Assembly (NCBI GenBank): GCA_965198175.1
Contig: OZ240245.1
Span: 1,504,001 to 1,568,000, forward strand
Reading direction: 5' to 3'
Source of the DNA: Candidatus Poribacteria bacterium
Lineage (GTDB): Bacteria > Poribacteria > WGA-4E > PCPOR2b
DNA length: 64,000 nt
Part shown: piece by piece, positions 39,381-49,719 of the stretch
How positions within the stretch are numbered: position 1 is the stretch's first letter
How the letters are laid out: each line of letters opens with the position of its first letter
The notes under the pieces: generated by a model
The model's input: only the letters and a program-made list of their open reading frames with translations
Told to the model about the DNA's origin: nothing
Database searches by the model: none
Position numbers and translations under genes: made by a program

Positions 39381-39567
39381 CTAATCTTTATCTTGTCGCA
39401 TCCCACGTTTCCAAAACACTTGTATCATTCACAGATTCATTGTATAATAACCTTCAGTGCCAGTGATTTGGTTTGTGATTTTCAGTCTATGTATGAATCC
39501 CTTAACCCAGATTTGAGCCAAATCGGTTAACAAATGGCTAGGAGGCGATTTCATCCGAATCGGAAAT

Positions 39568-40428
39568 GTGACGGATTTTAATCTGCCGCATACGCTCGAG
39601 TGTGGGCAATCGTTCAGATGGAAGCGAGTTGACGATTGGTATTACGGTGTCGTTGATGGCAGATTTCTCAGCATTCGCCAAGAGGGTGAGACGCTTATTG
39701 TCAAGAGTTCCGCCGATGAAGACCACAATCAGCTTGAAGTTTTTCTTTATCACTACCTCGATCTACATCGTAATCTGCCGGTTGTTCTTCAAGCTGTGGA
39801 CATTGATGCGACGATTCACCGAGCAATCGAGACCTTCTGGGGGATGCGGATTCTAAACCAAGACGTGTGGGAATGTATCGGGTCGTTCATCCTATCTCAA
39901 AATAACAACGTGCCCCGAACCAAGGGGATTATTGAAACGATTTCCGCACGATTCGGCGAAAAACTTACGCTTGCGGATAGAGCTGACTATTCATTCCCAA
40001 CCGCGCACTCCCTCGCTCAAGCTGGGGTTGACGCCCTGTTTGATTGTCGCATGGGATATCGCGCCCCTTATCTCTGGGAAGCTGCATCAGTAGTCGCAGC
40101 GGGCGGGTTCGATCTCCAGGCACTAAAGAACATGTCATACCCTGAAGCGAAGATAGAATTGATGGGATTTAAAGGAATTGGCGAGAAGGTCGCCGATTGT
40201 GTATGCGTGTTTTCGTTAGGGCATATCGAAGCAATTCCCATTGATGTGTGGATGAAGCGAATCATAGAGCATATCTACTTACAACGCAGAGCCTCGATTC
40301 GAGAGATTCGGGAATTCGCGCAAAACTATTTTGGTGGATATCTCGGTTACGCGCAGCAGTACCTTTTTCACTACGCCCGGACGATTGGATTTCAACGCTC
40401 CTTTTCTACAAAACGGAGAAGTGGATAA
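39568..40428 (+). CDS. 8-oxoguanine DNA glycosylase (Ogg1-like, HhH-GPD)
   Basis: TLECGQSFRW, GMRILNQD.WE...SFILSQNNN, GYRAPY, FKGIGEKVADC, PIDVW, GYAQQYLF. Confidence 0.92.
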   Translation: MTDFNLPHTLECGQSFRWKRVDDWYYGVVDGRFLSIRQEGETLIVKSSADEDHNQLEVFLYHYLDLHRNLPVVLQAVDIDATIHRAIETFWGMRILNQDVWECIGSFILSQNNNVPRTKGIIETISARFGEKLTLADRADYSFPTAHSLAQAGVDALFDCRMGYRAPYLWEAASVVAAGGFDLQALKNMSYPEAKIELMGFKGIGEKVADCVCVFSLGHIEAIPIDVWMKRIIEHIYLQRRASIREIREFAQNYFGGYLGYAQQYLFHYARTIGFQRSFSTKRRSG

Positions 40429-40617
40429 TGCAAAAGCCGAAATCCTTTCAACCTGAGAGCAATCTTACAGAAACATTCACTGCAGTCAATCCAAATTAGT
40501 TTCCACCGGGAGATACACGTTATTTGTGGCTTTTCCGTAGCATAGGAAGGGATTTCGGCAACTCCCATCTTTACCATTGTTTTCAACAATTTTGAGATAA
40601 GACAAGGAGAATCATAA

Positions 40618-41148
40618 ATGCTCGAAGAATTACGCGAGACTGTGCTTACAGATCTAGAACAGCGTGTTGAACGCGCAATTGACATGATTCAGCAACTGAG
40701 GCAAGATAAGCTTACACTGGAATCGCAAATCAGTGAGCTCCACGAGCAAATTCAGCAAAAAGACGCACAAATTGAATCGCTTGAAAATCGGAACGCTGAA
40801 TTACAGTATGCTGAATCTGAGTTAGAGGCGCTCCAAGTTCAACGAGAGCAAGAACGCGATGATATTGATTTGGAAAAAGCGGAACTTCGAGATCGGCTCG
40901 AAGGGGTAATGAAACTACTCAACGGGGTTGAAGACGGACTAGAGACATCTCCGGAACACCCAACTGCTGCGAAAGACGAACCAATAACCACAGCAGTGGA
41001 CGCATCGTTTGCGGAGGACAAATCGGCAGAAACGTCTGAATCACCTGTAGATGAGGAGTCAACCGAAGCACCTGAATCATCACCGGATGCTGATACACCG
41101 GTAACAGAGGACGTGGAAACTGAGACAAAGCGGCATGCGATTAATTAG
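40618..41148 (+). CDS. ZapB-like coiled-coil protein with an acidic tail
   Basis: LEQRVERAIDMIQQLRQD...ELRDRLEGVMKLL; low-complexity D/E/S/T C-terminus. Confidence 0.6.
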   Translation: MLEELRETVLTDLEQRVERAIDMIQQLRQDKLTLESQISELHEQIQQKDAQIESLENRNAELQYAESELEALQVQREQERDDIDLEKAELRDRLEGVMKLLNGVEDGLETSPEHPTAAKDEPITTAVDASFAEDKSAETSESPVDEESTEAPESSPDADTPVTEDVETETKRHAIN

Positions 41149-41150
41149 CC

Positions 41151-42296
41151 ATGGGAATGAGCCCGCTGCGCATTTTAGTCCTATCCCATTCCTATATCAT
41201 GAAGCCCTATCGTCGGAAGTTCGCCTTGATTGGCGAAAACACCGATGTTGAAATTCGCGTGGTCACTCCTAGTCGCTGGTATGAAAGTTTTCAAGAGATT
41301 GTCTTCAAACCCGATCCAAAAACGTGTTGCGACGAATTTCCGCAGCCGGTCCGGTTTTCAGGTTACAGCAGTCGTTTTTACTATCGTCACGGCTTGAAAA
41401 GACATTTCCAAGAGTTTCAACCCCACATTATCCACCTTGAAGAAGAAGCGTGGAGTCTGAACGCACTCCAGACCTTACATCTCAAACAGAAATATTGCCC
41501 GCACAGCCGCTTAATATTTCGGACTTCATTAAGTATTCCGACTAAACAGCGGTTTGGATTCCTACCAGTCTGGATTGAACGGCGTATCTTTCGGGAGGCT
41601 GCTGCTTCGTTTCCCTTGAGCCAAAATGCTGGAAAAATCCTGAGACAACGCGGTTATCAAGGCAAGTTAATCCCCATATCAAACGGTGTAGACCTTCGCC
41701 TATTTCGCAAAATTGAGGCGACTAATCCCAAAGCGCAGCTTGGTCTACGGGGTGGTTTCGTAATTGGCTACGTCGGTCGTCTACTGCATATGAAGGGTCT
41801 TGATACACTTCTTGAGGCGGCCGCGGCTCTTGATTTTGATTACCAACTGTTGATAGTGGGGCGAGGTGAGTATAAGCCGAATCTAATCAAATTAGCAGAT
41901 ACGCTCGGCATGGCGAATCGAATCGTTTGGGTAGATGGTGTTCAGCCTGAAAATGTTCCGGAATTTATTAACTGTATGGATACGCTGGTTTTGCCTTCAC
42001 GCACGACGCCGGGCTGGGTGGAGTTTTTTGGGCGTGTTCTTATTGAAGGGATGGCGTGTGAAGTTCCGGTGATTGGGTCCGATTCTGGTGAAATCCCCAA
42101 CGTCATCGGTGATGCCGGTCTAATCTTCCAAGAGGGGGATACACGGGCTTTGGCAGATCGATTCGGGGAGATAGCACGGAACGAGTCGCTGCGCGCTCAA
42201 TGCATCCAACGTGGCTTAGAACGTGTTAAGAGGTTTATGTGGGAAACCATTGCTCAAGAAACTTATGCGGTCTATCGTGAACTTGTGCCGGAATAG
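41151..42296 (+). CDS. Glycosyltransferase family 4
   Basis: NGVD, IGYVGRLLHMKG, VLPS...EFFGRVLIEGMACEVPVIGSDSGEIP. Confidence 0.92.
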   Translation: MGMSPLRILVLSHSYIMKPYRRKFALIGENTDVEIRVVTPSRWYESFQEIVFKPDPKTCCDEFPQPVRFSGYSSRFYYRHGLKRHFQEFQPHIIHLEEEAWSLNALQTLHLKQKYCPHSRLIFRTSLSIPTKQRFGFLPVWIERRIFREAAASFPLSQNAGKILRQRGYQGKLIPISNGVDLRLFRKIEATNPKAQLGLRGGFVIGYVGRLLHMKGLDTLLEAAAALDFDYQLLIVGRGEYKPNLIKLADTLGMANRIVWVDGVQPENVPEFINCMDTLVLPSRTTPGWVEFFGRVLIEGMACEVPVIGSDSGEIPNVIGDAGLIFQEGDTRALADRFGEIARNESLRAQCIQRGLERVKRFMWETIAQETYAVYRELVPE

Positions 42297-42510
42297 AGAA
42301 TACCAATGACAAGATACAGGTTTTCGCACTGAACATTGATGGTACGCCCACTTATGCTTGTGGATAACGGACAGCCTACCACCTTTTGTTTTTCCAAAAC
42401 CCAATTAACCTTTGAAAGGTTGCAGAATGGAAGATGCAATCTTTGCCGAAAGACAACAGTTTCAATGCACCACAATCTTTTATAGATTAAACCTTTCAAG
42501 GAACACTGAC

Positions 42511-43527
42511 GTGAAACCTGATGCGTATTACCAATCGCGTTTCAAGTTTCACGCTCTCGTCAGCTTTTTCCTCACCGTCAGTCTGGTATCTGCGACAAGC
42601 AGTTCCGCAGATGTCACATCTCCGCAGAGCCAAAGTCCAACCGATTATGTTGTTGCTGTGGTGAATGATTGGGCAATCACGTTGAGTGCGCTGGAGAATG
42701 AACTAATCATTAGAGAGATTCGAGATCCATCGGACAAGGTGAATCGATCGCGCTTGTTGAGAAATCTTATCGAACAAAAACTGTTGTTACAGGAGGCAGA
42801 CCGATGGGGAATACCCCTTGCACGCTGGAAGGAAAAGGTCAATGCAGAAATTGAAGATATCAAATCAAAATATCTCTCCGAGCCGCTATTCTTTGAGGAA
42901 CTCAAGGAAAGCGGACTAGAATATAAGGATTTGGAGGAGTGGATAAAGTCACGGTTAATCTTGAATGAGCTGATAGTCCGCCGATTCCATAGCAATATTG
43001 ACAAGGAGGTCATTGAGCAAGCGGCGATTCAATACTTCAAGCACAATCAGATCCTACAATTCCAATATATCATTGCACTCTCAAGACCTGAAGATTCGCT
43101 TGACCAACAAACCCAAACGAAGCAAACCGCGGAGAAGATTTATCTACGTTTACAGGCAGGTGAGAAGTTCGACGACATTCAACAGGCTTACAAAACCAAT
43201 CCCAATCTCAAGGTGGAATACCAGCCCCAAATCATTGCCGTTGACACGCAGTTGGGACGAACCATTGCAAAACTAGGGAATAATGAACTAAGCCACCCCA
43301 TTTTAACCCCTGAAGGCTACCTAATCTGCAGATTAATTGACCGTGAGTCGCCGCATTGGAAAACGGATGCAGCGCAGATCGAAGAGATAAAAATCACGAT
43401 GATTCAGAGGGAGGAGAGAACGCAAGTTGAGGCGTGGCTAAAAGAGCAGTGGGAAATGGGGGATATTCGTATCTTGGATGCCGAACTGGCACAAATACAG
43501 ACAACCGATTCCGAACCGATTAACTGA
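42511..43527 (+). CDS. SurA-like periplasmic chaperone / parvulin PPIase
   Basis: Signal-like segment, DYVVAVVNDWAIT, LIEQKLLLQEA, SHPILTPEGY; start uncertain (GTG at 42511 chosen). Confidence 0.75.
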   Translation: MKPDAYYQSRFKFHALVSFFLTVSLVSATSSSADVTSPQSQSPTDYVVAVVNDWAITLSALENELIIREIRDPSDKVNRSRLLRNLIEQKLLLQEADRWGIPLARWKEKVNAEIEDIKSKYLSEPLFFEELKESGLEYKDLEEWIKSRLILNELIVRRFHSNIDKEVIEQAAIQYFKHNQILQFQYIIALSRPEDSLDQQTQTKQTAEKIYLRLQAGEKFDDIQQAYKTNPNLKVEYQPQIIAVDTQLGRTIAKLGNNELSHPILTPEGYLICRLIDRESPHWKTDAAQIEEIKITMIQREERTQVEAWLKEQWEMGDIRILDAELAQIQTTDSEPIN

Positions 43528-43557
43528 GCGGATAGATCAAGCGACTGGATAAGGAGC

Positions 43558-43649
43558 GCGATAGTTCTCAAGTCTTCACTAGTCTTAGGAGCTTGCCACC
43601 CCTTTTCGATCGGATTAATATGTGTAATTTTTAGTTGCATGACTATAAA
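43558..43649. repeat. Dispersed intergenic repeat, copy 2 (MITE-like)
   Basis: gcgatagttctcaagtcttcactagtcttaggagcttgcc...atgtgtaatttttagttgcatgactataaa; matches 39285-39380. Confidence 0.85.
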
Positions 43650-43700
43650 AACCCATGTAAGCGTCTATAAACACCATTACGCGAAAGGAAAATCAAGAAT

Positions 43701-44132
43701 ATGGTTTTAACATCTTTGAATAAACATAGACACATCGGGCTCTTAATTCTCCGTATCGGACTTGGGTGCATGTTCCTCTTTCACGGCGCCCCCAAGCTGT
43801 TTGGCGGCCCAGAGAAATGGGAACAGATCGGCATGGCGATGCAAACCCTTGGCATAGGGTTCATACCAACATTTTGGGGACTCATGGCTGCGGTTTCCGA
43901 GTTCATTGGAGGCGCCTGCCTAATCCTCGGTCTTTTTTTCAGACCGGCTTGCATCCTTTTAACGATAACAATGATGGTTGCCGCTATCAGACACCTGAGC
44001 CTAGGCGACGGTTTGGCGGGCGCGTCGCACGCCATCGAAGTTGGTATCGTTTTTCTGAGTTTCATCCTGATTGGGGCAGGCAAATATAGCCTTGATGAAA
44101 AACTGAACCCGCATCAAGGCACGGATAACTAA
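43701..44132 (+). CDS. DoxX-family membrane protein
   Basis: GLLILRIGLG.MFLFHGAPKL, EFIGG..LILGLFFR, GAGKYSLD. Confidence 0.92.
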   Translation: MVLTSLNKHRHIGLLILRIGLGCMFLFHGAPKLFGGPEKWEQIGMAMQTLGIGFIPTFWGLMAAVSEFIGGACLILGLFFRPACILLTITMMVAAIRHLSLGDGLAGASHAIEVGIVFLSFILIGAGKYSLDEKLNPHQGTDN

Positions 44133-44256
44133 TTCGTCGCTCACTTATCAGAGTGATAGAAAACAAAAGCATGGTTCCCCGTTAACTGACCATCACAAGT
44201 TGTGATTTATCCTCCCAAGTCTGAATCCATCATCCATCGTTTCAACGAAGACAGCG

Positions 44257-46185
44257 TCACCGGTTCTGTCGACGTTCTTGTCTGATAAGAAATCGTGTCA
44301 TCTCACGGGAATTTCTGAAACTATTGACACTAGCTTGATGTCCATATACAGCCGCCACATCCCATATTATCGTGCTATGAACGTAAATGACCTTAGGAAG
44401 CAGCGCTTGCAGGTCACTATTGTACTTATCCAATGCCAATAGCGCTTCTACACATTCCATAACCATTTCGCCGCCTTTATGCTCTCCACCGGCATGCAGT
44501 ATCATGCTGAATTCTTCTAACGACTCAATGACTATACCAGCCACAGGGCCTATGGCATTTAGACTCACGCGCAACTTCTCTAACAGCGCCTCAATCACAA
44601 ACGCTTCCGAATAGCCTGAACGACCGAGTAGCTTGACGCAATATTGAGCTAACTTCGCATCCTTCAATCCCTGATGAACCAGAATCTCAATCGCTTCTTG
44701 ATCCACTTGACCACTCTTGAGTAGCGCCATCGCTAAATACAAACCTATCTCAGAGTTAGATATTTCTCGAAATGCCTCCCTCAACTTTCGACTAGCGCGG
44801 GCGTTCTCCCGCGCATACTCTCCCCAAAGTTCAATGACACGCAAGCGGAGTTTTTCATCTGACAATAGATTTACCATGACATCATGCAGCAGGTGGTCCC
44901 AATAGTCGAATAACAATAAGCTCTCAACGGCACAAAATCGAACGTAATAGCTCTCATCGGGGTTCTCAACTGTGTGTAATAAAACGGCTTCGATATTCTC
45001 ATTGAACTGAAGATAAATTGCGCGTCCGAGACCTCTAATGGCAGCGATTTTTATCCTTTTGTCCGTTTGTCTGACTGATGTCTCCTTATCCACCATCGCG
45101 CCGGTAAAGATTCGCCAAGCAGTAGAATTTCCCTCCTTCAGATTTGCCAATGACAACAGCGCGGAAGCTCGGACTTCAGGTGCGCCATGTTGCGCCGCTT
45201 CCATAAGCGCATTCCAAACTATTCGCTGCATCTTCGGAAAGAACTCACGACGCTCGAGCCGTTCGAGGGAGGAATCATATGGGTGTCCCGTAAGCGCTTT
45301 AGCGGCTGCGGCTCGCGCCTTCACACTGCTATCGCTGCGCAACGTATCCAGCAACGCCACTGCGACATCGCTATTTTTACGAGAGTGCCACCCCAGAGCT
45401 AATGCACTCGTCTTGCGAAGTTCATAATCTTCATTGTGCAACCATTTAATTAACGGTTTCGTAGTACGTCCCCTCCAAACATGGCTGACGGCATTAACTA
45501 GCGAATGAGACGGTTGTGGCGCCCTCGCCATTTCTTCAAGCTGGGTTCTGACCGCCGGGTGGAGTTTATGATAGACCATGTGCTCTTTATCCGAAAGCCC
45601 ACTTGACGCGTACAACGCTTCTAACGCGTAATCCTGATACCGGCGGTCGGGGTGTTGAAGCATCTCCAAGTAGTATTTCCAGATTCTGTCGGTATGTTTG
45701 TCAAGTTTAGCCCATTTCAGCAAGGCTACGGCTGCGAAGCGCCGTAAATCGGGGTCTCGGTCTGATGCAACGATATCCTGAACCGCCCGCACGGTGCCGC
45801 GAGTCACGCCGTGTTTTCCGCCGCTAAAGGCTCCCAAGACGAGCAGCGACGTCCACCTCACCTGTTTATTCTTGTCACGTCGCAGTGCATCAACAATACG
45901 TGAGAGAGTTATATTTCCCTCCAACCGGTATAGTCTTCCTAAAGCCAAAATGGCGCGGCTACGGATTCCGGAATCTTCATGCCAAGTATCTTTGGTAATT
46001 TGGGTTCTAATATCGGCTAGGGCTTTTCCGCTCTGGCCGCTCTTAGTGGATTGTAACCGACGAACGCTGGGTCTATGAGTTTGCGCATTGACATGGGTGC
46101 TGAATACAAACAACATCAGTGTCAACAAAAATATCCAGTGCCAGCCGTAAGAATGAACCGCAGGACAACCCTTTCTTTTCATCAT
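44257..46185 (-). CDS. Probably secreted HEAT/ARM-like repeat protein
   Basis: Signal peptide (WIFLLTLMLFVFSTHVNA); repeats such as DSGIRSRAILALG, DYELRKTSALALG, SVKARAAAAKAL, PEVRASALLSL; start uncertain. Confidence 0.75.
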   Translation of the reverse strand: MMKRKGCPAVHSYGWHWIFLLTLMLFVFSTHVNAQTHRPSVRRLQSTKSGQSGKALADIRTQITKDTWHEDSGIRSRAILALGRLYRLEGNITLSRIVDALRRDKNKQVRWTSLLVLGAFSGGKHGVTRGTVRAVQDIVASDRDPDLRRFAAVALLKWAKLDKHTDRIWKYYLEMLQHPDRRYQDYALEALYASSGLSDKEHMVYHKLHPAVRTQLEEMARAPQPSHSLVNAVSHVWRGRTTKPLIKWLHNEDYELRKTSALALGWHSRKNSDVAVALLDTLRSDSSVKARAAAAKALTGHPYDSSLERLERREFFPKMQRIVWNALMEAAQHGAPEVRASALLSLANLKEGNSTAWRIFTGAMVDKETSVRQTDKRIKIAAIRGLGRAIYLQFNENIEAVLLHTVENPDESYYVRFCAVESLLLFDYWDHLLHDVMVNLLSDEKLRLRVIELWGEYARENARASRKLREAFREISNSEIGLYLAMALLKSGQVDQEAIEILVHQGLKDAKLAQYCVKLLGRSGYSEAFVIEALLEKLRVSLNAIGPVAGIVIESLEEFSMILHAGGEHKGGEMVMECVEALLALDKYNSDLQALLPKVIYVHSTIIWDVAAVYGHQASVNSFRNSREMTRFLIRQERRQNR

Positions 46186-46664
46186 TATCACACCATCCTT
46201 TCCCAATTTATACGTGAAATACACACCAGATGCGACCTAAAGCCGCCAAATCCTGCCAGACAGAATAGTTCCGATGTATAAGCAGAAACAAGGCAACTTC
46301 TTTTGCCTTCAATTTTATAAAATACACTTGTGAAACCAAAATCGGGCACTTCGAAATGGTCTACTCGCAAATGATATGCCATAACGAATAATACCCTGTG
46401 CTTACCCTCATTGCTAGAGAAAATGAACGAATAACTGGTTGTTTGTCAGGCGCATATCAAGGGGCCCTGTAGCGATTTTGCTACAGGGCGATACTAGAAT
46501 GATACGCGATTCAAGTCTAGCAGTTGACATTGTCCCAAGAAGACTGATAGTGACGTCGCCCTTGTTCAGCGGGCACAGGCGGCTGAGGTAGAGATGTTGA
46601 ATTCAGCTTACCTTTGTGCTATAATAGTGCCTGCTCGTGACAATACCTCTGAGGGAGAAAAAGT

Positions 46665-48095
46665 TTGTTGACAATGCATCATTTTTATGGCAATCGATCT
46701 CGGACGGACAGTATTATCCTGGTGTTAATCTGCATCTCGATTGCACAACTCGGTTGGAGCCAATCGAAATCGGATCTACACAACAGTGTTTCAAACTCCC
46801 GAAGGAGTGCGATTGTCAGCGCTGTTGAGGACGCAAGCCCCGCGGTCGTTAACATTAGCACGTTTAGAGAGGTGGTTGAGTTAGTCCGTCGGGACAATTT
46901 CTGGTCACCACTCTTTGATTCCCCTTTTCTGTATTGGCAGCGGAAGGAGCGGCGCGGACTTGGGTCGGGCGTAATCTTTGATCGGCAGGGATACGTATTA
47001 ACCAATCAACATGTGATTGAGGGCGCCGAAACATCGAAAGTAATTCTTTCAGACGGACACGAGTATGAGGCAAAAATTATCGGCGAGGATTTTCTTTCCG
47101 ATCTGGCTGTGCTAAAAATTGATGCGACAGAGCTGCCTGAGATTAAGCAGGGGAATTCGGATGATTTGATGATTGGCGAATGGGCAATTGCAATTGGCCA
47201 CCCTTTTGCGTTGGCTGTCGGTAATCCCAAACCGACGGTCACCATCGGCGTCATCAGTGCGACAGACCGTGTCCTGAAAACCGAGAATCGACTCTATCAT
47301 AATCTCATTCAGACTGATGCTTCGATAAACCCTGGAAACAGTGGCGGACCACTCGTTAATCTCTACGGAGAGCTAATTGGCATCAACACAGCAATCTATT
47401 CAACGAGCGGAGGTTCACAGGGCATTGGCTTCGCGATTCCGGTAAATGTTGCCAAGCAGATTGTCGGTCATCTCGTGGCGTATGGTTCGGTCATTCCGCC
47501 GTACCTTGGAATCAGCGTGCAAAGTTTGACAGAGGAACTCGCGGAAGACTTAGGATTGGAAGGAAGCATCGGCGTATTAGTCAGTGCGGTGGATGAAGGC
47601 AGCCCCGCAGAAGAGGCGGGGCTTAAACGCGGAGATGTCATTGAGGCAATCAATCAGCAACTAATCCTCAACGAAGAGGAGAGATATCTATCAATCACCC
47701 GTTTACTGAATAAAGATCAGGCGGTTACTTTTCAGACGTTTCGTAAAGGAAAGCGGGAAAATCTGCGTTTGAAAATTCGGGAACTTCAGTGGAAATACAC
47801 AATGCCAGGTTGGGGAATCACTGTTGAACAATTGGATCGGAAAACGGGACGGAAATATCGTCAGCGGGGTGTTGTTGTTTCAAAGATAAATCGGCGTAGC
47901 ACCCTAGCGAAACTCGGATTGCGGCGTGGCGATCTCATTTATCAAATTAGCAGTAGAATTAGCAATAGCACGATCAGGTCGGTTGAAGATTTTAAACTCG
48001 TGACTAATGAGTTGAGACAGGACCAACGGATTGCACTTTACTTTGAACGGGACGGCAAGGAATTAATCTTGCGTGATTTGATTTTTCAACGCTAG
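46665..48095 (+). CDS. HtrA/DegP-family serine protease with two PDZ domains
   Basis: GLGSGVI, LTNQHVI, SDLAVLKI, IQTDASINPGNSGGPL. Confidence 0.95.
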   Translation: MLTMHHFYGNRSRTDSIILVLICISIAQLGWSQSKSDLHNSVSNSRRSAIVSAVEDASPAVVNISTFREVVELVRRDNFWSPLFDSPFLYWQRKERRGLGSGVIFDRQGYVLTNQHVIEGAETSKVILSDGHEYEAKIIGEDFLSDLAVLKIDATELPEIKQGNSDDLMIGEWAIAIGHPFALAVGNPKPTVTIGVISATDRVLKTENRLYHNLIQTDASINPGNSGGPLVNLYGELIGINTAIYSTSGGSQGIGFAIPVNVAKQIVGHLVAYGSVIPPYLGISVQSLTEELAEDLGLEGSIGVLVSAVDEGSPAEEAGLKRGDVIEAINQQLILNEEERYLSITRLLNKDQAVTFQTFRKGKRENLRLKIRELQWKYTMPGWGITVEQLDRKTGRKYRQRGVVVSKINRRSTLAKLGLRRGDLIYQISSRISNSTIRSVEDFKLVTNELRQDQRIALYFERDGKELILRDLIFQR

Positions 48096-48200
48096 AGTGC
48101 AAAGCCGCAGGACAAACCGGAAATTTCGCAACTGAATTGCCTATCAGGTGTTTGTAGAGACAACCAAACACCAATTCAAAAGAAGTGAGGTGGAACGGAA

Positions 48201-48920
48201 ATGCGCTTACAGCTTCCAACAATCATCTGTGTGTGTTTATCACTCGCTATCTTGATTACGCTTATGGTTTTTATGAAAGCGAATGAGGATGGGATGGATC
48301 GCGGAGCCGTAAATTTGGAAAGTGAAGAGTTTAAAATGGCGCGTGATCACGCGTCGGACGCGTACAATGCAAAAAAATATGTGCAAGCGATAGAACTTTA
48401 TAAAGGGGCTATGCGCATGCGCCCCGAAAACGCATACGTGCATAACGATCTCGGCGCAACTTATTATGAATATGGTCTTGCGCATGCTGGGCCCAATTGG
48501 CCCTCTTGGGACAGCGATTTGTCAGGTAGAACATTGGAGGAAGCGCTTCGGGAACTTCAAACAGCCATTTCGCAAACAGGCTCTGGTTATATTGTTTTGA
48601 GAACTGATTCCCCAGAAGTTACCAAAGCAATTCAAGAAAAAGCCAGATCGGCAGGGGCGCATTTCAATACGGATACATTCGAAAATAACGCAACCATTAA
48701 CATCCTCGTTGGGAAAACGAAAGAGTTTTTCTTGAAAGCACGGTCAGCCTATATTCAGGCAATCGATATAAAACCGACTTATCCCAAACCTTATGTTAAC
48801 CTTGGTGCCTTGTACATGAAAATTGGTCAACGTAACATCGCCGTTGATTATCTAGAAAATGCTTATCGCTTGGATCCGAGGGATAAGGAACTTGAGGAAT
48901 ATCTCAATCAGCTTCGATGA
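48201..48920 (+). CDS. Membrane-anchored TPR protein
   Basis: N-terminal TM segment; TPR motifs YVHNDLGATYY, PYVNLGALY...AYRLDP. Confidence 0.82.
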   Translation: MRLQLPTIICVCLSLAILITLMVFMKANEDGMDRGAVNLESEEFKMARDHASDAYNAKKYVQAIELYKGAMRMRPENAYVHNDLGATYYEYGLAHAGPNWPSWDSDLSGRTLEEALRELQTAISQTGSGYIVLRTDSPEVTKAIQEKARSAGAHFNTDTFENNATINILVGKTKEFFLKARSAYIQAIDIKPTYPKPYVNLGALYMKIGQRNIAVDYLENAYRLDPRDKELEEYLNQLR

Positions 48921-48942
48921 TTGCCCAAGGCAGTGCAGGTTA

Positions 48943-49719
48943 ATGAAATCTGAACAACACATCAAGCTCCAACCAATGACAGTCGTAGAGATTGTTTCTT
49001 GGAGCCTCCGTTTTTATCGAGAGAATTTCCGCAAACTAATTGTTCTCGTTGTCCCCGGCTTTGCCGGTTGGCTAATTATTTTCTTGTTTGTTTTCCGATA
49101 TGATGCCATAGGTTCACCGACAGGCACGCACGAATTATATGTGGCGTTATCTCTCTTTGTTTTCCTCTTTTTGTCGGCAGTTGTCGCAGCAGAGGGAACC
49201 ATCGCGATTTCGGGACAACTTGTGGCGAAAGAAATGAGCGCGGGTAAAGCTTGCATGCGTGTCCTAGATGTCGGTTTCCCGCTGCTCGGTACATTAACGC
49301 TTTCCACAATCGTCATCACGATTGGCTTAAGGCTCTTCCTGATACCGGGCATAATCGCTTATGTCTGGTTCTGCTTGGCACCGCCCGTTGTGATGATTGA
49401 GGGGGAAGGTGGTTTGGGTGCACTAAAGCGGGGCCGTGCCATTGTCAAAGACTACTTCAGTAAAACATTCCTTATCGTTGTTCCAGTAGCCATCATTGAA
49501 ATTCTCTTAGCGTGGATCATCCTTTTTTTGCCGAATCTCTTCGGCAACCTTTCCTATCTTAATCATCTGCTTTTATCAACTGTTTTCACCATTCTGTTAC
49601 TTCTGGCTGCCCCCTTAAAAATCGCAGCAACGACGATGCTCTACTACGACCTGCGTGTTCGTAAAGAAGGGTACGATTTACAGTCTCTAGCAGAAGAACT
49701 CGCCGAATTACCTTTCTAG
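48943..49719 (+). CDS. Hypothetical integral membrane protein
   Basis: Multiple TM helices; LFLIPGI, LYYDLRVRKEGYDL conserved tail. Confidence 0.8.
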   Translation: MKSEQHIKLQPMTVVEIVSWSLRFYRENFRKLIVLVVPGFAGWLIIFLFVFRYDAIGSPTGTHELYVALSLFVFLFLSAVVAAEGTIAISGQLVAKEMSAGKACMRVLDVGFPLLGTLTLSTIVITIGLRLFLIPGIIAYVWFCLAPPVVMIEGEGGLGALKRGRAIVKDYFSKTFLIVVPVAIIEILLAWIILFLPNLFGNLSYLNHLLLSTVFTILLLLAAPLKIAATTMLYYDLRVRKEGYDLQSLAEELAELPF

